Below are positions 23,508 through 37,945 of a stretch of 64,000 bases of DNA, piece by piece. The notes beneath the pieces are model-generated. The model saw only the letters and a list, made by a program, of their open reading frames with translations. It was not told the origin of the DNA and did not search any database. Every line of letters begins with the position of its first letter. Position 1 is the first letter of the stretch. The stretch is from Selaginella moellendorffii. Taxonomy: Eukaryota > Plantae > Lycopodiophyta. The translations under genes and the position numbers were made by a program. The DNA lies in assembly GCF_000143415.4 (NCBI RefSeq), contig NW_003314332.1:434001-498000 (forward strand), written 5' to 3'.

Positions 23508-24896
23508 TCAGCTATGAGGTTGTTGACTACAATCGTCAACCAAAGAATTCATTAGTGATTGGTAAGACCTTATATGGAAGGAATTCATCAGTGATAGATA
23601 GTAATTTATTTGTAAAGAATTCATTATTTGTTCCACATGAAAGTGATAGTGATCAAGGGAGCTGCTGGAATTTTGAAAACTCTCTTATAGGGAGCCAGGA
23701 GAAGATACCTGGATCTTATCTTCTACAAGGGAACAGTATCAGTTCTTTAAATGGGCTCTATAGGTTAATTCTGCGCATGGACTGTAGGTTAGCTCTAAGG
23801 AAAAAGAGTAAGCACCAGGAAATTTGGGTGAGCAAACATGATTATCATACTTCTGATGGATGCTATGCTATACAACAGCAAGATGGAAACTTGGTTATCA
23901 AGGACAATTCTGGGAATGTTTTTTGGGCGGCTGGCGTGTATTGTCAGCCCCAGCCAAATTGCATTGTTCTCACTAGTGTTGTTGTGAGAGGAGAGGGAAA
24001 TGCTTTCATCTATAATTTAGAGACTCGAGAAATCTGGTGGCAGGCACTAAGCTGAAATATTTGGTTTAATGCGCACTGTTAATCATTATAAATTTTTTTA
24101 ATTTGCAGAAAAAGATGGTGAAAAGGAACTATGCCGATGACATTGAAACTTTTAGACAAGAAAATTGAGAGGAAGAAACTCTTACTAGAGATGTTACAGA
24201 AGAGGCTAAGGCTAATTAAGAAGAGGAAGAGCCCAATGCTATAACAATATAGCATATGGCTAAAGCCATTGAGATTGAGAATATATAAAGAGAAGTTTAT
24301 AACTTGAAAAAGGAGAACAAAAAGAGGAAGAAAGAAGATGAGGTAGATAAACCAATTAAACCTAGGTAACTATACGTACGTAACCAAAGAGAACAACTTG
24401 AGAATTGATCTATAGGATTTAAATATAAAAGGAAAGGGCCTATAAAGAAGAGTGCACCTCTTTTTTTAATCAATTAAGAGTTTTAGGATATTTAGGGTTA
24501 TACATCCTTGGGTTTGAGTGGTATTGAGTTGGGTGACCTCTCAAGAAGTCCAAATTTAGAAGCTTACATTTAGTATTGGAACAATCTTAGGTTTGGCTCT
24601 GTTAGTTGGCTAGGGGAATTATATAATATATTGAGATTGATATTTAGTAGGTCTAATTTGCCTTTGGCTAAGCTCAACATGAAAGGGATGGTGTCAAGAG
24701 AGTGAGGCTTTCAAGAGAGTTGTGGCTCTTCACTTCCATTCACGAGGGCATGAACTTGCAAAGAAGTATAGTAGATTATAAGCAACTAAAAAGAATAACT
24801 TAAAAGACAATCCATAAAGTTCAAATATAAAGGGAAAAAACCCATGAAAAATAATACACCTCCTTTCTAATTAGTTAAAAGTCTTAGGATACTTAA

Positions 24897-27800
24897 GGTT
24901 AGTGCACGTGGTTTTTACCCTTTATCCTATGCATAGGATAACCACGAAGTAGAACCTAAACCCTCCATATGCCATGTGTTATATGCCACATGCCACATGC
25001 CATGTGTCCAAAGAACAATGGTGCAGAACCTTAGTTTTAGGGCCTGGGCTACTAAATGAAGGAACGGTGCTAAACTCCCAAGCATGGAGCCAAGGAGCAA
25101 TGGCATTAGAGCATAAAACAACTCCCAAGTGTACAGCCCAATGAGCGAAGGAACAAGAGTGCGGAGTAACTTAGAACAGTCCTAGAGCATCCAGCATCCC
25201 AATGCTAGGACCAGCACACAAAACAGAGTCAAACAGAGTTTGGTGCTATTTCAGCATACCGGTGGTCTAACACAAGGATATGGGTACTCTGCCAACTAGC
25301 ATAGTATCAAAATTAGGCTTAATCGGATGCAAAACAAGGACAGGCACGCAAACAAGAGTTAAACTATGCCTTAGGTTAGTTGGCCATGCCCAACCTACCC
25401 ACTATCCCTACTATACATTGGAACCCCCCTCGCCGAGGAACACACACTTTGGGCTTTCTCCTTTAGTACCAAGCTTAAAACTTATTAAATATGAAATGTC
25501 CCTAAATTGCAAATTTAGATATGGGACGAACACCATTGTGTTCAGAACAATCTCTACATTCCGTAAATATGCCAAATGAGCAAATCTAAACACTTTCTAT
25601 AATTAGCATTTAGGACCAAAATAAGACTAACACAAAGGGCATGATAGCAACGGTGTTTGGTAGATATGATAAACTATCATTTAGCGAATATTGAAGGACC
25701 AATCTCAATATCACAAGGGTTCCCAACACTAGCAAGTGCAAGTCAACATCATGAATTTCTATCACTGTGTCAAGTATGCTTGACTAAATGACAACTTAAG
25801 ATTTCCTTCCTTAGTGCCCTTCTGGTCTAAGTGCACATGTGATGAGTAGTTTCTCAACTAGCTTAGGCAAAGACTGATAAAGGATTTAGCAATACCGACT
25901 TCCTACTGTTATGGGAGTAAGGAAAGAATATCCGAAAGGACTAGCTAATAGATAACTTTTGATACCCGAAGTCACATTCACAACACTCTCCCCCCCTTAG
26001 GGAATATCGATGTCTTCCTTGGTGCATACTCTAGTCTAGACCACTGCCAAGGAAACAGCTCCAGAAAAAGTTCACGGTGATCACACTATATGAGAAATGC
26101 ACCAACTTAAATGAGTTAAGAGGCAACCTCTTTGTCTAACACAGATGCACTACCAACTCAGATACCTTCCAACCATTGCCGACAAAGAAATGACCAATGG
26201 AGTTAGCCACCCTTGCTGCTCTGGGTGTCACCCAACTTACAAAAGTGTGATATGCCCTTGCTTACAGGGACATAGAGAGAGAAGCCAAAGGCCCCAACCC
26301 TCTTGAGCAAAGAAACCAAACCTGTTGGTAAAGTTTAGATAGACTACTATAAACAGGTAGTTAGAGTTGTTTACACGGTCACACCCTTTAAATGACATAA
26401 GGAACATCAACAGAGAACTGAATGATATGACCAGTTGATAGTAGCTACCCTATGACTAAAAATTTCACCATGCACATAAAGTGTAGAATCCAGTTTACAT
26501 ATACTTGCCCAAACTCAAAGATCAATAGATAAACTATAGACAATGATATCTTAGAATCTTAATTATCAGTGATTAAATCTTAGATTAAAACACACATATC
26601 CTAAGTAAGTTATTATCTGATAAACTAGTATTATACTATAGGAACCACCAAGATTATCAGAATTAAAAAATATAAGATTCACCATCAAATAAAATTCAAT
26701 GGCAAGTGTATCATCAAGAACATGTAATGACAAAACTTAATTATTAAATATTGTAAACAGCATACCAAACAATTTACAAAAAAGAACTAAAAGAACACAA
26801 AGTATCATCAACTTAGTAAGCAAAATGCTTATGAATGTATTACCAAAAGAAAATAACATCCAACCTATCAGAAGTAACTGTAATGATAGTCAATAGAATA
26901 GAATGAATGCGGCAAGACTAACAAACACTCGTTCATGCCAACTATTGCACTAATTAATTTGAATAGATCCCGGTCAATAATATGAAAGAACTCAAGTTGC
27001 TTAAGCAAGTGTCAGCAACATCTTTCCGATGTCTCAAACCCAAGAGACCAATCCAAGACAAGCTATAAGGAATATGTGGTAATGGGAAAAGCTATAAGCT
27101 ATCAAGGAGAATAACTAGCTATCATGAAAGATCATCAATCATCCCGTCAATGAAGAGATGCATAATCATCATCAAAGAAATAATCTACTATCCCAAAGAA
27201 TAGCAAATCATTCTATATTAACGACAATGAAGCAAAACCTTTGATAAGGATAATCAACTATCCTATATGATAGTCAATCACTACTAATGATTGCTAGATG
27301 CAAAAGCCAGCTTCAACATCGAAGGTAATGAGCCAAAATGCCTTCCCCAACAACTTCTAACAAATGGAACAATGAGCCTAAAACTCAAAAGACTAAAAGC
27401 TCGAAGAAATTTATAGCCAAGTCTCTCATAACAATGATCACAAGTTTCGTAGGAACTAACTTCAATGCTAAAAAAAAAATCATGATACAACCCATAATAT
27501 CCTCCTCAACACATCCATAAGCTAAACTTCATAATGCAAAGTTAATGAAGAACATATCTGCATCAATCCAAAAGTTAAGCATAATGAAGTTATGTTCAAC
27601 AAGTGATCATCTAATCAATCCTCCATAAATCTATCTATAGCAAGATGTAACTCACTTTATAACAAGCACAAAAAGAATCATCGATGATTGATATATCCAA
27701 ACTCAAATCTAATAAGAATTCAAACATTTCAATATTGATTACTAACTCTTCCTCTCGTAAAATTAATATAGTCCATGACTAAATCACTTTTCAAAGAAAA

Positions 27801-30800
27801 ACTCAAAGCTCAACCCTTACTAAACAATCTTGTCTAGAACACAACTAACTCAAACTTGCCACTCAATTCGTTTGAACATCAATACAATTACTAATTAGCA
27901 AATGCATGGATGCCAATAACACAAAGTTATAACCAAATCATCAACACTATCTACATCAAGATTAATGAAACTCATATTAATCCTACAGAGAGACATCTCA
28001 TTTCACTCGAATCTCAACATCAACAATATTAATGACAAGGCATCAGTTCAATGCCATCAACACCATAAAAAAGCTAGAAGAAAGAAAAAATGAATCACCA
28101 CTAAAAACTTTCTAACAACTAAGCTAACCAAAGTCGAAGATATTATATTTAGTATCTGAGACTAATTCTTTAACAATACTTAGTTACAGATAATACTTCA
28201 TCAAAGAGTGATTCACCACGTCCAAGACTCCATGAAATCCAATACTGCAGACTAAACACAACTAAATGATATTGACAAAGGTAGAGTCGACATGCCAACA
28301 TGGAAAAACCATATAATTTTAATGACACGATCCTCCACAACACCATCCGATAAAGCAAGTCTATCACTGCTAAATTATCATCAAGCAAAGCAAGTGTCAA
28401 TAGGCCCTAACAAAATTTACAAATAATTACTAATCACAAAGAAACTAACAATCACTCTTTCAACTTGCCTTCATAAGACCCAAACACTAAATTCATGCCA
28501 TCAAGTCATATACATATCCAATATGAACGTAAAACCTTAGGTACGAGATATAGGAACATGAACAAGCACGAACTAAATGACTACTTGAATCCAACTCAAC
28601 CGAAATAAACTCACTAATGCATTTAGCCAACAGCTTTGAGCATGCATTGAAAAGGTTAACTATGCATGATCAACACTTAGTTGAAATTAAAGTGAAGACC
28701 ATGAGATGAATTCATATTGGTACACAACCACCTCACAAACAAGGCTATAGTATAGATACTAATATCTCAACCTCAAACAACTAAGTTGGACATCACTATC
28801 TTCAGCCAAGGCACAAAGCTACCAAGACCAAATCAAGATCAGTGAGAGCTCATTACACTCAGAGTCTAATAAAATGCAAGGTGCAACTTGCCACCAAACA
28901 TAATATTACAGAAGAAAGACACAAAGGTCACCTTTCTAAAAAAGCACAACAGCCACTTTTCTATACCAAATTTAGACACTTTCCAACTTAATTGTCTTAG
29001 CCCCAAAAGTTAGTATCCCTTTTGAGTTACATTATACAAACTATTACTAAGGTTTAAGCCAACTAAAGTCAACTCTAACCCCTTCATTAATTTGTACTAA
29101 CTTATGAAAATGGAATGGTTTTTGGGCAAAATAATCAAAAGATCAGCCATTGGGAAAATTTAAGAAAATTTGTAAAAAAATTTCCATCCTAGAGAAAGAA
29201 TGACTCTCAATCCAGGAATGCAAACTTTTAAGACTCAGCCAACTTCCTCTTACCAACAACATCACATAAGTCCACCTCAACACAAATTCTCATGACTAAC
29301 AATATATCTAAGCATCAAACATCTTTGCTCATATTTCTGACATCCAACACTAATATCCATAAAATGTAAAATGAACATCTAAAGCTTGATCACGAAGACT
29401 ATATCTTCAGATATCCACATTGCACTAACACTCTTTTTCAATCACCTTCAAGATCCAATGTAAAGCCAAAACACTAATAAGAAAAATGACATAAAAAATC
29501 AATCTAAGGTAAATTCCTCATCACTCAAAATAAAAATGCCACTTCCATTAACATAAGTGCTAACGATGTCAATGCTTTAGCTACACATCTTCTCCATCTA
29601 ACAATCTACTCCAAATGCTAACGGATCAACCAACAAGCTATAATAAATGAATGCTACAACCCTTTTCCATCACCTTATAAGCAAACCCAAGGAACGAAGG
29701 AACCAACTTAAGCTTAGCGTAATAAATTGCTATCAAGAATTTGGTCAAAACTACTACAATGCTACTACATGTAAGTAAACTAACTTCACCATCAACCACT
29801 TTAGGGTTGATCATCGTTTACCCAAGCAACTTCGTAAACACATTGCTCATTATCACATGGATATGATATAAAATTACAATAACTTGATCATCCATTAAGC
29901 AACACTATGAGTAATGCCTATATCACTACTACAAAGGTTTACGTAAGTATCAAGTGTCAATTCGATTCGACAAAATCCAACATAAATGCCACACTCCACC
30001 GATAGAGATTTACAACACCCAACACCACTAACTTTTTTTCATAATATGAACAAACTTATGCCACTCTCTTTTCGACCAAACTCAATACTAATTTAACACC
30101 AAGCTACTCATATAGCAATAGCAAGGTTTCCCGAAAAAGAATTGAGCATTATAACCCAAGTCTTCAATAATAAGCCTAGACAAAATGGTTTAGCGCTTAT
30201 CCCATAACTCACCATTTGTAAGGCCATCATAATTAACATGCATCAAGATAGAGACTCTTGATTGCATAATATGAACACGGGCAATGAGTTACACCTCATT
30301 GCAAATCATCTCTCCAAGAAGAAAAGATGATTTACATATTTGATCCTTTATCTCTAAAAACTCTATTTTCGATCTCATTTTTTACTAAACCTCAAGCTTG
30401 CATTCACACTGCTTTTAATCCAATCCAAGAAGAGTTTATGAGAGAGTACTTCAATGATTATTTGAACCAATAGACTAATCCTTATAGTCTTGATTGATCC
30501 ACTTATAATCATGCCTAAGAAGAGGATCCACTAGTGCCATGCTAAATAGCTATGTATTAGCTTAATTGCCATTCATAACAAACCCAGGGAAGGTTTATGG
30601 TACACAGAACAACTCATGAAACCATCGATAAGCTAACATTAATCTTGCCAACACAAAGCGTAACCTTGAGTTGCTAATGTGTCTCACTCATGAGTTCAAG
30701 CATAAACTTGTGCAAATGGAGCAACTCAATCCCTCTTATGAGCCCAAAAGCAAGCTCACATTATTACAGTACAAAAAGGTAACCAAATCCATACCCAAAG

Positions 30801-31686
30801 AACAAATGTAAAATCTTAGCACCCAAACGTGTACCCACTTGGATCATCGTTTTCATCTTTGCGTATGCAACGAGACTAGTTGCTTAATCTCTTGAATAGT
30901 ACTCTCTGAGACTTATTCTTTGATACCAAATATAGCACATATGGTTTTTACCCTTTATCTTATAGTTATTTACCATAGGATAACCACGAAGCAGAACCCA
31001 AACCCTTCATATGCCATATGTCATATGCCACATGCCATGTGCCACGTGTCCAAAGGACAATGGTGTGAAACCCGAGTTTCAGGACCTAGGGCCACTAAAC
31101 AAAGGAATCATGCCAAACTCCCAAGCATGGAGCCAAGGAGTAATAGCACTAGAGCATGGAATGACTCTTGAGCATACAACCCAAGGAATGAAGGAACAAG
31201 AGCGTGGAGCAACTTGGAACAGTCCTAAAGCATTTAGCATCCCAATGCTAGAACTAACATGCAAAATGGAGATAAATGGAGTCTAATGCTATTTTAGCAT
31301 ACCAGTGGCCTAACGCGAGGATATGGTACTCCACCAACTAGCATAATATGGAACTTGGGGTTAGACCCAAGCCAGATGCAAAACAAAGACAGGCACGCAA
31401 GCAAAAGCTAAACTATGCCTTAGGTTAGTTGGTCATGCCCGACATACCCACTATCCTTACTATACATTTGGAACCCCCCAAAACCCCCCCCCCCCCCCCC
31501 CACCTTAGGAACACACACTTTGGGCTTTCACCCCAAGCCTCCCTCAATACCAGGAGTTAGTCTCTAGGATAAACTCAAAACCTACTAAATATGAAATGTC
31601 CCTAGATTGCAAATTTGAATACGGGATGAACACCATTGTGTTCAAAACAATCTCTACATTCCGTAGATATGCCAAATGAGCCAAAT
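24897..31686 (-). mobile_element. Old LTR element of family C with no intact gag-pol (LARD-like or fully decayed)
   Basis: LTRs ~24897-25985 and 30931-31686 (truncated); PBS TGGTATCAAAG at 30918-30928; PPT AAGGGGGGGAGAG adjacent to 25985. Confidence 0.78.
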
Positions 31687-31687
31687 G

Positions 31688-33741
31688 AGTTGGCAAGATT
31701 AATATTAGTCTATCAATGGTTCCATAAATTGTTCTATATACCATGGGTAAAAAGTAAACCATCCCTAGGTTTGTTATAGGTGGTGAGTAGGCTAGTCTGT
31801 AGCTATTTAGTATGGCACTAGTGAATCCTTCCTAGGCATGATTATATATGGATCAATCAAGACTATAGGGATTGGTCTATTAATATATGTATTTATTGCC
31901 ATGCTCTCTTATAAACTTTTCTTAGTTGGACTAAAGGCAGTGCGAACGCAAACTTGAGGTTTAGTCAAGTTGAGTCTAAAAAGAGAGTTATCAGGGACGA
32001 AGAATCAAACATGTAAATTATTTTCTCTTATAAAGAGATGATTTGTAACAAAGTGTTAACTCATTGTTCATGTTCACGTCATGCAATCAAGAGTCCCTAT
32101 CTTTATGTATGTTGATTATAATAGTCTTACAAGTGGTGAGTCATGGGATGGATAGCAGTGAAACACTAAACCATTTTGTCTATGCTTGCTATTGAGGATT
32201 TGGGTTACAATGCTCAATTATTTTTTGGGGAACCTTGTTATTGTTCTTGAGTAGCTTGGTGTTGGATTAGTGTGAGTTTGGTTATAAAGAGAGTGGCATG
32301 AATTTATCTATGTTGTGAACAAAGTTAGAAGTGTTGGGTGTCATAAATCTCTATCGATAGAGTGTGGCATTTATATTGCATTTTGTTGAATCGAGTTGGC
32401 ACTTGATACTCACATAACATTTGAAGTAATGACATGAGTGTTTTTTGATTGATGATCAAGTGATTGTGATTTTTATATCATATCTATGTGATAGAGAGCA
32501 ATGTGTTTATGAAGTTTTTTGGTTAAATAATAATCAACCCCAAAGTGGTTGATAGTGAAGTTAATCTACTTGTAAGAAGTAACATTAAAGTAGCTTTAAC
32601 TTGATTCTCGATAGTGGTTTTTGAGAAATTGCCCATTGGGGTTTTGAAAAGGGTTATAACAGTCACTTGCTATGGCTTGTTGATTTATCCATTAGCACTT
32701 AGTAGATTGAATAGTGAAAGTGTGAAGGTGAGGCATTGACAATGCTAGCACTTATGTTAGTGAAAGTGGCATTGTTGTTTCGAGTGATAAGGAACTTTTT
32801 TTAGAGCTTGATTTTCCATGTCATTTTTCTTATTAGTGTTTTAGTTTTATACTAGATTTTGAAAGTGATTGAAAAAAAAGTGTTAGTGCAATATGGATAT
32901 TTGAAGATATGATCTTTATGATCAAGTCTTAGATGTTCATTTCGCATTTTATGGATGTTGGTGTTGAATTCATATATATGGGTAAGATGTTTAATGCTTA
33001 AGCATACTGAATTGGTGTTAAGATGAACCTATGTGAAGTTGTTAATAGAAAGAAGTTGGTTGAGTCTTGAAAGTTTGTAGTCTTATATTAAGAGTTATTT
33101 TTTCTCTAGATGGAAAATTTTTCCACAAATTTTCTTAAGCTTTTCCAATGGCTGATATATTGATTATATTGCCTGAAAACCATTTTGTTTTCATAAGTCA
33201 TTATAAACTAGTGAAGGGAGTTGAGTTGACTTTAGTTAGCTTAAATCTTAGTCTATACTTTGTATGATATGGCCCGAAAAGGATGCTAACTTTTTGGGAC
33301 TAAGGCAATTAAGTTGGATAAAGTCTGGAGTTAGTGTAGAAAAATGGCTATTGCACTTTTTTAGAAGGTGACCCTTGTACATTTCTTCTATAGCATTATG
33401 CTTGGTGGTAAGTTGCATCTTGCATTTCATTTAACTCTATGAGAGTAGTGAGCTCTCTTTGATCTTGACTTAGTCTTAGTAGCTTTGCATGTTTACTGAG
33501 GAAGGTGATGTCCAACTTCATTATTTACGATTAAAGTGTTAATACCTGTACTATAGCTTTGTTTATCAAGAGGTTGTGTACCAATATAAGTCCATCTCAT
33601 GGTCTTCACTTTAGTTTTGGATAAATGTTGATCATGCATAGCTAGCCATTTCAAGGCATTCTCAGAACTATTTGCTAAATGCATTAGTAGGCTTATTGCA
33701 GCTCAATTCGATTTAAGTGGTTATTTAGTTCATGCTTGTTT
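31688..33741 (+). repeat. Diverged inverted copy of family C internal sequence
   Basis: Reverse complement of ~28560-30653; ORFs 33248-33430 and 33493-33684 mirror plus-strand sequence at ~28620-29050. Confidence 0.85.
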
Positions 33742-33745
33742 TTAG

Positions 33746-34380
33746 CCTTTATCCTATGTTGATTTACCATAGGATAACTACGAAGTGGAACCTAAACCCT
33801 CTATATGCCACATGTCATATACCACATGCCACATGCCATATATCCCAAGGAAAGTGGAGCAAAACTAGAGTTTTAGGGTCTTGGGCCACTAAATAAAGGA
33901 ACAGAACCAAACTCTTAAGCATGGAGTTAAAAAGCATAGGAACCAAAGTATGGAACGACTCCCTAGTGTATAGCTTAAGGAGCAAAGGGATAGAAGCATG
34001 AAGCGACTTGGAACAGTCCTAAAGCATCTAACATCCCAATGACAGGACTAGCATGCAAAACAGAGGCAAACAGAGTTTAGCACTATTTTAGCATATTAGT
34101 GGCCTAACACAAGGATATGGGTATTCCACCAGTTAGAATAAGTCTTTTTAGCATTTTCTATTGTGACCTCTATCCACGGCCCAATCTTGTGACCCTCCCA
34201 TATATCCCTCCTTAGGCTTAAACCCAAGCCAGATGCAAAAAAAAGGATGCAAGAGCTAAACTATGCCTTAGGTTGGTTAACCATGCCCAACCTAACCACT
34301 ATCCCTACTATACATTTGAAACCCTTGGAACCCCCTTCCCCCCCCCCCCTGCCCCCTCAAGGAACACTTAGGAATTAGTC
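33746..34380 (-). mobile_element. Truncated family C LTR
   Basis: Colinear with the LTR copies at ~24920-25445 and ~30950-31515. Confidence 0.85.
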
Positions 34381-34384
34381 TGTA

Positions 34385-37012
34385 GTTCCCCTTATGGAAT
34401 ATACACTCTCGCCTATTTATAATAGATGAGTCTATTGCAGTCTATATAACTTATTTTCAATTCTATAGGTAACTTGCCTTTTTGGTGAGTTTCTTGTGCT
34501 TCTTAGTTCCTTTAGCAACACTTCTTGTGCTAAACTATCATTCTCATATGTTGTCTGCACATCATCCCAAAAATTTGTTGTCATGCTATATATTGCCAAC
34601 TTCAAGCTAGTTTTTCAACTTAGAGTATCTGCCACAATATTGCTCTTCCCAAGTTTATATAGAATCTTGCAATCGAACTCGGCCCAAAGCATTATCCCAC
34701 CGACTTTGTTTTCTTCGTAGGTCGAGTTGTGACAAGAAGTGTTTCATTGCCATATTATCCATGTAAACTATAAAGTGTCTCCCAAGGTAATGTTGCCACT
34801 CCTTGAGCACCTTGATCACTACAAACAATTTCTTCTTGTGGGTAGGCCACTTTTACTGAGCTTTGTCGAACTTCTTCGAAAAGAATGCCACTGAATGATT
34901 GTCTTGCTTCAAAACTGCACCTAACACAAAGTTCGAAACATCTATTTCTACCTCATATTCCTTACCAAAGTTTGGTAATGCTAACATAGGAGTCTTCTTC
35001 AACTTTCCTTTGAGGTGAACAAATGCCACCTCACATTCCGTTATCTATACCATCTTCCCTTTTCCCATTTAGTTCATTAAAGGCAAGGCTACTCTTAAAT
35101 AATGTTTGATAAACTTTTGATAATAGTTACATAGCCCCAAGAATGCCCTTAACTCATATATATTCGATAGTCGTTCTTATTCTTGAATCACTTGGACTTT
35201 CTTAGGGTCCACCTTAAGCTCGTCCTTGCCCACCACATGCCCGGGAAACTTTACCTCTTATTGAACAAAGTCACATTTGCTCTCTTTAGTATACAACTTG
35301 TGTTCCCTTACTTTCTCAAACACCTTCATCAAGTGTTTGGCATGCTCCTCTAGTGTTTCACTATAGATCAAGATGTCGTCAATATAAAAGACCACAAAGT
35401 GATCCAGATAAGGTACAAAAATGTGGTTCATCAATGCTAAACTGTTGCTAACGCATTGCACAGCCCAAAGGGCATCACCAAAAACTTAAAGCTTCCATAC
35501 TTTTTTTAACAAATTGTCTTCTCGACATCTTCCTCTGCTACCCTAATCTAGTAATATTCTGACCTTAGGTTAATCCTTGAGAAGTAACCTCTCGAATAGG
35601 TCCTCAATCCTTGGTAAAGGGTACTTGTTCTTCTTTGTATACTTATTAAGCAATTAGTAGTCTATACATATACGCATAAATCCATCTTTCTTTTTCACAA
35701 ATAGCACTAATGCCCTTTACAGTGACTTGCTCAACCTAACATACCCTTTATCCACCAACTCTTCAAGTTAGTGTTTGAGCTCCTCAAGTTCCTTTTCATT
35801 CAACTTATAAGGGGGATGAACCACCACCTTAGCACCCTTGACTAGTTCAATCTTATGTTCTATCAGTCATGTAGGGGGTAACCCCACTAGTAGCTCCTTT
35901 GGCATAGTATTTTGAAATTGGTTTAACACCTATTAAATCACTAAAAATATTTATTTTGTTCCTATCTTTTTGTCACTCCCCACTAAAAGTAAGCACAAAA
36001 ATGCTGCCTTGATTTCTTTAGTGAGTTGTCCTCTCATGAACACTAGGTTCTAATAGAAGTCTCTAGCCTTACATTGCCTTACCTTTAAATCTTAGGCCTC
36101 CACCCTGGATCTTTCTCTACGGGCATTCGACAGTCCCTTTAAGTTCCTACTTTGTCCATACAAGGTTACCATAAACTGATTAAACCAATCCATCCCAAAC
36201 ATTACATCAAGTCCAATACGGTGAAATCCATGTCTACTTTCTATGTCCCTACTTTGACTCTTCCTTATCGAAGTACCTCATTAATGTTTTAGGTACTTTG
36301 AACAAACTCTTTAGTCCTTGGTTCACCTAGCTATTGCACCATTAGTCTGGCTTGCCAAACTATATCTACAACCATAAAATTATCTGAAGCACCCATGTCA
36401 ATAAAGATCTTAATAAAGCTACCTCCAAGTTTACCTCAGAAGGTTAATAAATGTCACAAATAACTCTCTACCAAAGTTATTCATGTAATGAGTAACTTTG
36501 AGCTAAGAACTACATCACGTACCTTAGTTTGGATTTCACCTAACTTAATAGCCATATTGACTTTGGCCTTCTTCAAGTAGAGACATTCTCTCGAAAAATA
36601 TCCTACTTCACCGCAATTGAAGAATATGTTGTTCCCTATACTTAGTAGATTTCGCCTTTTTATCAGTGAGTTTGTCCCTTTTCACTTGACTCCCCTACAT
36701 ACTTGCTCGCTAGCCACCAAATCTACCTTTCCAAAACCTTGAGGATTCATTCTTAAAGAAACTCTTCCTGAATTTCCCTTTGCCATATGTCCCCCTTGGT
36801 TTGGCTCCTTTGCTAAATGTGGACCCTAACCTCGTTGTGTTCCCCTTTCGCAAGTTATCATTGAAATGCATTTTAATAGTTGCATCCAATGCTTCCTTAT
36901 AGTTGGTTTGGTTACAATGCATCACCTCACCTCAAGTCCATATCTATAAGCTTGATATGAAGGCATGGAATACATCTATATCACCCATATTCGTGACAAA
37001 GATCCTCTTTGT
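34385..37012 (-). mobile_element. Old, heavily mutated copy of the chromovirus gag-PR-RT-RH region
   Basis: Colinear with ~18940-21590; residual ORFs (YIDD at 35258-35461, gag at 36710-36925); mostly C>T/G>A changes. Confidence 0.93.
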
Positions 37013-37479
37013 TAAAAATGCATTCTTTGGGCTTGTGAACTTGTCATCACTTGCATCTTGAGTAGAAATATATCCCTCACTATCATTTTCTTCAACATAA
37101 TGTTTCCCCTCATCCATTGGCACAACATTAAAAGCAGTCTTAGGTTTTTTATTAGAGGGATTGCTGAGCCTTGAGAGAAGGAGGCATCATATAGAATCCT
37201 CATATCCATTGTTGTGCCTCAAAGTAGTAGTAGAATCCTTTTTAGTTTGCTATGCCAAAAGGAAACCCAAACATTATAACAGGATTAAAGCAAATAGAAA
37301 ATTGTCATAAATCTGCTTACCAAAGTGAGCACAAGCTTTTAATCCCTATAAACTCCAGTTCTTCAACTGTAATATACAGCATATATTGGATAGTTTTGCC
37401 CTATGCTTGGAAACCCTTTTTACAAATTTCAAAATTTAAAACAGTTATGATTGAAAAGTGTTGAAAGTGAGTAAAGTTT

Positions 37480-37945
37480 TTTCTACCTATACTATACCAA
37501 GTAAAGTTCTTGCCCTTGCTTGCAAAACAGTGACAAATAAATAGAACAAAAAATGTAGAGAAGAGAAGGAGATAAGAAGAATGAAAAGAGAATAGAAGAG
37601 AATTTAGCCTCAAACCCTAAAGGCATGAGTAAGAATAATCATATGTCACTCTCTCAACTCTACTTTGCACAAATAATCATAAGCGGGAGAAAAAATGGTT
37701 AATTCAATACAAATGCATACAATAGTGAGTAAGGGTTATTTTTCAGCACGTTTAAGTGCTACTTATATACTACATGATTTTATATTCATTTCTAACTACT
37801 TAATAATGAACATTGACTAAGTCAAGTCTTCTTCTTTGGATGCCTAATCTTAGGTGTAACTCCATTTTGCCTAAGCCTTCTTCTTTTGCCCTACTTGAGA
37901 AGATACACAAGATAAAACATTTACCTCTTCATTAGCTCTTCTCAC
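37480..37945 (-). mobile_element. Family D LTR with preceding purine tract
   Basis: Reverse complement of 13910-14350. Confidence 0.7.

Larger units (their letters stand above)
15474..24055 (+). pseudogene. Secreted protein with C-terminal bulb-type (GNA-like) lectin domain, split by the retrotransposon (parts 15474-15962 and 23513-24055)
   Basis: Removing the element and one TSD joins FAIS|YEVVDY in frame, giving 343 aa; hydrophobic N-terminus; SLNGLYRLIL.MDC, EIW, QQDGNLVI, VFWA motifs. Confidence 0.88.

Noticed and set aside
24100-24420. Further exon of the lectin gene
   Set aside because: Lectin ORF already ends at 24055; the acidic stretch is full of stops
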